This document shows positions 58,345 through 64,000 of a DNA stretch of 64,000 nt, one piece after another; position 1 is the first letter of the stretch; the number at the start of each line of letters is the position of its first letter. A program made the position numbers and the translations under genes. Origin of the DNA: Amoebidium appalachense (Eukaryota > Protista > Ichthyosporea); the NCBI GenBank assembly GCA_963693365.1, contig CAVNZM010000010.1, positions 7,565,794 through 7,629,793 on the forward strand. The letters are read 5' to 3'. The notes beneath the pieces were generated by a model that was given only the letters and a program-made list of their open reading frames with translations, searched no databases and was not told where the DNA came from.

Positions 58345-59733
58345 GGAGGGTATCGAGCTGTTAACGAAGTACACTTTCACCAAGGGGGAGGGGGGAAGAT
58401 ACTGTGCAGACTGAAGAAACCAATGAGCGAAAGCTGTTCAAGGTAACCACTGACACAATGCAATTGATCCACACGGGGGGGGGAGGGGGGGGGGGGGGGG
58501 GGGGGGGAGGACCATCATTAGGCTGTGACACCTGGTAAGGGCGTAGGGGAGGAGTAGGATGGGCGCTTGTTTGAAGTATGTCGAACCGATAGGTCGCTTG
58601 TGTAAAGTAGAATGGTCGTTTTAAGGCAAGGAGCGGGAGAGATGGGTGAGAGAGGGCAGGTGAGAATTTAGGGAAGGTGGCTATAGCCAAGGAATAGCAA
58701 GATGAAAGGGCAGAGGGCAGGGGTGGAGACAGAGAAGTGGGGGAAACAAGTGTAAGCAGGTTTCGAATGAAGATCCTTCGTTGTGTAGTGTGAGAGAAAC
58801 ACTTTTTGCACGTCACCAATAAGTACTACAGCTGTATGTGGTACAAGACGGGAATTTGATGGTGCAAATGGTGGGAAGTGGAGGGGCGTGGGTACGATGG
58901 TGAATGGAGGGAGGGCACAGTGGGGACGACCGGGGGAATGGTCACCTGGAGTGCTGTTGGGAGTCAGAGGCACGGGCGAGCCACCACGGCAAGACCCACA
59001 CTTCTCATTTTCCTCGTAGAATGGGTTGGTGTTGGCGCTCTGCAGCTTGAGGCCTGGTGTGTGGGGGAGGAGGGGAGGGGAGGGGGGAGGGGGGAGAAAG
59101 GGGGGGGGGGGGGAGGAGGGCCCGGGGGCATGTGTTTGTTTGTATAGTGAGGGGCAGTCAGTGGTGGCTATGCTTACACTTTCATGTCCTTGTGGTGGTT
59201 TTGTGTGTCAACGCAGAATTCCGATGCACAACCGAAAAATCTGTTCTCACACAACCTTTAGGTTGGGTGAGCTCACCATAAGGAAGCACGCGTGCCTGTA
59301 TGCCTCCACGTGTCTGTTACTGCAACACACAGGTGTGCATTCTTGCAACCTGCTAGTTAGCAGCTGGCGCATGTTTCGATGAAAAATAAACTCGAGCAAG
59401 AGAATAACAATACCCACAACTAAGTTCTCCCGTAGAAAGCCGTCAACCCAGTATTAGAAGTTAGGTGGGAGCATGAAGATTTGAAGCAACAGATGTATGA
59501 AGGTGCTATTATCAGACGATGGGCTTCAGCAGTAAATCAAGACAAGAGAAGAACCTAAAACCTGTCTCACGAGAAAGAAAAAATCACTGCGGACTGACTC
59601 AAAAGCTGCCCTTAGTTTACGCAAGGAATGAAAACCAAATCTTCGGTAAAAGGCATGTGGGAGGAGGCGTACCTTCAACGGACCAGACCGCTTGAAGCAG
59701 CTGCGCAGACACCAGCAGGGAGAGTCTTGCCAT
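51636..59733 (-). CDS. Secreted pectin-acetylesterase/Notum-family carboxylesterase (378 aa, 10 exons)
   Basis: All GT-AG, phase-consistent exons: 59733-59673 (signal peptide), 59053-59000, 58261-58136 (AVCIDGS), 57510-57412 (GGGWC), 56726-56624 (NP..WN.V...YCDGGSFSG), 55648-55552 (YFRG), 54655-54571 (GSSAGG, Ser), 53936-53861, 53371-53139 (FDSWQ, Asp) and 51838-51636 (SCFHHC, His; TAA). Total 1137 nt. Confidence 0.93.
54808..54933. repeat. Perfect 32-nt tandem repeat x4 (AAACACATGTGTGACCTTAACGCATACCACAT)
   Basis: Four head-to-tail units without spacers (last lacks 2 nt), intronic. Confidence 0.97.
55203..55291 (+). repeat. Dispersed structured repeat, diverged distal-half copy (E)
   Basis: GCCCATCCTCAGG..GGGCCCA.GTCATC...GAGTTTC.ACCC...CCAACTCAGA aligns with 38846-38930; weak similarity extends back to ~55145. 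Confidence 0.75.
57218..57350 (+). repeat. Dispersed structured repeat, copy C
   Basis: ~133 nt with only a handful of differences from 38736-38868; bounded by G-runs. Confidence 0.92.
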
Positions 59734-61611
59734 CTGCGAAAATAGAAAATATATTAGTGCTATTTGGGGGGGAAATGGCCATTTCATCGTCGGCTAGGTA
59801 GTCATTCAAGTATCTGCCACTTCAAATCTTTGAACTTGGCATCTTTGAACTTGGCAAAAGGTGTTGATTTGTGCGCGCTGACCAGGAATTTCTTTTGTTG
59901 CTTTCGATGCTAGCACAGCGTTGCTGGTCGAATACAGCCCAGCCCTCTGTTTCTTCTACTGAAAAACTTGCCTTTTTCTCGAGCCCTAGCAAGATCTTCC
60001 CTTCTTCTGAGTTCACGCGTTTGGCACGAATTCGAAACACTCAGGTAGTTGAACGTTTGGTGTTATTGTTGTTTCAACTTGTTTGTTTTTGTGCGTCACC
60101 GTTGGCGACGGCTGGAATGTGTTCAGAGGGCGCCCCGTGGCCGGAATGCGGCTGTTTATCTTTCGGCAGGCTCCTATTGGTTGAGACATCCAACACCCTT
60201 GCCATATATGGTTGTTTACTTTTGGGAATCCAATCAGGCTCCGGGGCGAGGACATGCCAGTGCTCACTGCTAGGGTGTTGTTCGGACTTGGGCCCGGGAG
60301 CAGACTCAAGGCTTGTGTGGAGGCGACTCAAGGCTGCAGAGCTGAAAACAGAAAGTGCATGCAAATATGTCGACCTCGTGACAGCCAGTTTTACATGCAT
60401 ACGGTCACATTACTATTATTGTGAAGAAAATAAATTCTGAGCGTATGAACTTGTCAATCAGCAAGAACAAACTTCGAATACAAAACGAGACGAGGAAACG
60501 GCCTCAGTCCAAGCTTGTATCATCTGGCCCTATGATTGGCTGGCAGATGCAAACGGACAGGAATTTCAAAGAGATCAAGTTAATAGCTAGAAGAATCCGA
60601 AGGGCAATGAGACCAATATTCGGGAAACATGCGAATGGTTGGTAGTGTGGTTGGGACCGCCGGGCGGGGAAGGGGGGGGGGGGGGGGGGGGGGGCAATAC
60701 TGCGCATGTGCGCTGTGGCAGCAAAAGAGGCAAGTTGTATGTAAGCAAAACTCTTGTACGTAAGCAAAACTCAAGCCGGTGAAGAACGAGTGGGAATAAA
60801 TTGATTTTATTGTCTGGCTGACAAATTCCCTACAGAGGTTACAGACGAATACAAAAAGTCACTTTCTGTACGGTGTTACTGTACCGGCATGCATTCACAT
60901 CAATCTTATGTACTTTTGAGACTCTCCAATTATTATTTTTTTTCTTCGTTTATTATTATTATTTTTTTTTTAAAAAAATAAAATAAAATAAAAAAGCTTT
61001 GTAGTGCACTGCTAATGCTAAACTCAAAATTACCAACCGCACAAAGGGAAAATACTGGCATGGCCCTGCTTTTTTCGTTTTACGTGTTGGAAATTCGTGT
61101 TACGAGTGTGCAATTATTGGTCCATTATTCGAGGTGTGGCTGCCCAGCAGCGGCATGAATCCTAAGACCAGCAGGTGATGTCATGTTGTTTCTGCAGAAG
61201 AGAAAAGAGTCAGTTCGTTAACAGAACTTGGTCAAAGTGCAACGATTTCTAGTTTTCAACAGCAAATGTATCAAAAAACTGTAACAAACAAGACCCCCCC
61301 CCCCCCCCCCCTCCCCCTCCCACACACCCCCTTCATCCCCCCCCCACCCCCATCCCCCCCATCCCCCCCACCCACCCATCCATGTATTCGAACCTTCCTG
61401 CATGTGCACTTCTTTCATTTACTTTACTATCCTTTCTCCCCCCAGAACCCCTGGCTTGTATGCATCTCCCCCCTCCCCACTTCCATTCCTGTGTTTCCCC
61501 TTGAAATTACCTGCCAGTAGACCCCCTGACTCCACCCTCCCCCAACCTTCCCCCTTCACCCTTGAAGCCCGTCCATATCACCCCTGCCCTCCACACACAC
61601 ACACACATACA

Positions 61612-61800
61612 CACACATACACATCTACAAATTCTATGCCCCCAGTCCCCCTTCCCCTATTCCCCCCCTCATCGCCCCAGGCAAGGCTTTCTTCAACACA
61701 AACACACACACACATCTACAAATTCTATGCCCCCGGTCCCCCTTTCCCTATTCCCCCCTCCCCACCCCAGGCAATGCTTTCTTCAACAAAGAACACAAAC
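61612..61800. repeat. Tandem duplication of ~90 nt (ACATCTACAAATTCTATGCCCCC...CCCAGGCAA.GCTTTCTTCAACA)
   Basis: Two diverged copies starting at ~61620 and ~61711. Confidence 0.85.
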
Positions 61801-62051
61801 CCACAGATAGAAGGCTAGGCCCTCTACGCTCGGGTCCAGTTTCTATCGATGTACCACATAATCCACCATCCACTCTCACACTGCCGGCAACCGAAACAAG
61901 CTCAAATCGTACATTGATCCACAACCACCACACAACAGGTTCCACACACACACCTGTATGTATCCTACATGTAAAACTAGTAAGCAGCACCCCTTATGGT
62001 GGCCAACAATGCACAAACAGACACACACATACACATGCCCCCACTCACCGT

Positions 62052-64000
62052 CTACATGTAGCTGTAGTAGTGGCGGCCCTTCTGATAGCCCAGCTTTTCC
62101 AGGTGCTCCTTCATGACCTTGCAGAACACAGGGGGCCCACACACCACCACTAGTGACTCATCCGTGGGGGGAGGCATATGCTGCTTGATGATCTCCGGGG
62201 TAACAAACCCCACGCCCATAGTCCAGTTGGGGGGGGGCTCAACAAGCACATAGTGCAGGCGCAGGTGCGGGTGGTTTGCCTTGTGGTGCTCGAGGCGGTC
62301 CTTTAGCAGAATCTCCTGTGTGTTCTTGACGGCATACACCAGGGATAGGTCGTAGTAGCCCTCATTGCCGGTCTTTGCCTCGTGGAGCAGGTGCGCTCTG
62401 ATCAGCTGCAGCATGGGGGAGATGCCCGTGCCCCCCGCAAGCATGCCGATGCGCTTCTTGGTCCCCACCTGCACAATGGAGTCAGCACCTGGAACACTGC
62501 CTCATGGCGGCTGTAGAAACAAACCCCTTTCGCTCGTAGACCAAGGCTTGCCACTCACGCTTCTCAATCTGACTCGCACCCCAACATTTGTCTCTCGAAA
62601 GCTCTCCCCCCTCCCCCGCCCCCTCTCTCCCCCCCCCCCCCAAAAAAAGAGTCACTGCAGCCCCCTCTCTCTATCCTTTGTTCACGTTTCCTTCCCACCA
62701 CACACATCTGCCTACCCCCCCCCCCCCCCCCCCCCTCCCCCTCCACACCCGATGACCATCCCCTCAAATCACAACGCGCACGCGCACACACACAAACACA
62801 CACACAGACACACACACACTTCATAGTATCTGTCGTGGTACCGTCCTCTACATAACGGTTACCAACTACACACACATTCCTCTTTCCTAACCTATCTCTC
62901 TATCACCCTTGCCACATTAACTCTCAGCTCCCACATGCCAGCTCACACACACGGTGACACACCTGCAGCTCCAGACCCGAGATCGGGCCTTTGAAGTCAA
63001 GGGTGTCACCGGGCTTCATTGCATCCATGTAGGCCGTCAGGGCACCGCCCGTGTCTGTCTTAATGACCATGTCGATGTGGCCCAGATCGTCGGCACGGCT
63101 GACGGGCGAGTAGTAGCGCACTATCTCCTCCCCGTTGATGGTCTTGCGCACGGCCACATACTGGCCCATCTCCAGCCCGGCCTGCAAGGCACTGGTTAGT
63201 TGTGTGCTTGACATGCATGTGTTCTAGCCTAGAACCAGGGGCACATTTGTGAGTGAGTGTGGGTGGTTTTTTTTTTGGTTTTTTTTTTGGGGGGGGGGGG
63301 TTTGAATGCGGAACACGGTACGAAGTGCGCTACACGACGAGAAGCATGGCGCAGGACATATGCAAAGGCAAACATTCAGGTATGCAACATCAGCCATGTG
63401 CACAGTATGCGTCATAAGAGGGGGGGGGGGGGGGTTAGCCTTCTTTCCTCTGTGATCCTTTATAGTCCTATTGTTTTGACTGCTTGTGGCTGTGTGGGTG
63501 TGGTGGTGGTTTTTTTTTTTTTTTTTTTTTTTTTTGGGGGGGGGGGGGGGGGGGGAGGTGGAGGGGGGGAAAGTAGCAAGTAGCATAACATCCTACATGA
63601 ATATGACCCGATTGTACTGCTGCTAACATATTTTAGACACAGGCAGCCATTCACACTTGCCTGGTGGTGGGGTGACGGCAGGTTGAAGCGGAACAGCTTC
63701 GTGGAGGGAGACAGCTGGATGGCAGCCCCGAGCTGAAGAGGCACAAAGGCCTTGGGGGACAGGGCAGGGATAGCCGGGTGGTAGTTTGCAGCTAGCTCCC
63801 CAGAAATACGACCAAACACCACAGCCTCCAGCAAAGCATTGCCCGGGATACGGTGGTCTCCCTGCACGTTGGCGGCAATCTCGCCTGCGGCAAACAGCCC
63901 AGGCACGTGGGTCATGGTCTGCTCACGGATGACCTGTGCATACTGGTTGGTGGCCACACCCCCCACGGTGTAGTGGAGGGCGGGGGTGATGCACCCAGCA
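62052..64000 (-). CDS. Soluble fumarate-reductase-like flavoprotein fused to a cytochrome b5 reductase-type FAD/NADH module (5'-partial)
   Basis: Exon 64000-63661: ITPALHYTVGGV..VPGLFAAGE..HRIPGNALLEAVVFGR (FAD_binding_2 C-terminus), then LFRFNLP. Exon 63181-62963: GQYV..RYYSPVS..G.LT.YM..KGP. Exon 62468-62052: IGMLAGGTGISPMLQ..VCGPP, TAG. Confidence 0.9.
63298..63418 (+). repeat. Dispersed structured repeat, diverged copy D
   Basis: Identical first ~29 nt, an internal insertion, then ATGCAAAGGCAAACATTCA..ATGCAACAT..ACAGTATGCGTCATAAG; bounded by G-runs. Confidence 0.88.

Noticed and set aside
59612-60409. 266-codon minus-strand frame interrupted only by four TGA codons (recoding or selenoprotein?)
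   Set aside because: No recognisable protein or Sec-type context; other frames here are also fairly open, consistent with TA depletion; it overlaps the esterase first exon out of frame; TGA is a normal stop at 8442-8444.

Overview
Eukaryotic, intron-rich genomic window whose introns and intergenic DNA are saturated with (CA/GT)n, (GA/CT)n and very long poly-G/poly-C tracts; nearly all ORFs in the supplied track are translations of these repeats. Gene content (ZnF-bearing ZUP1, TDG, secreted hevein-like and mucin-like proteins) suggests a unicellular opisthokont such as an ichthyosporean-like holozoan, but that is inference only. Manual splicing supports nine genes: a probable DENN-domain gene (minus, runs off the left edge); three intronless secreted-protein genes (a catalytically dead trypsin fused to two hevein/CBM18-like repeats, and two Ala/Thr/Glu-rich proteins with polybasic cleavage sites); a ZUP1/ZUFSP deubiquitinase; a ~1,350-1,400 aa helical protein of unknown function; a TDG/MUG glycosylase head-to-head with it; a 10-exon secreted pectin-acetylesterase/Notum-family esterase; and the 3' part of a fumarate-reductase-like flavoprotein fused to a cytochrome b5 reductase module. 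The most unusual signal is an unnamed dispersed repeat family: 5 copies, all intronic and co-oriented, with one sharply conserved end and stems that show compensatory base changes. No CRISPR array, rRNA or tRNA was found. All assignments come from motif recall and hand alignment; no searches were run.
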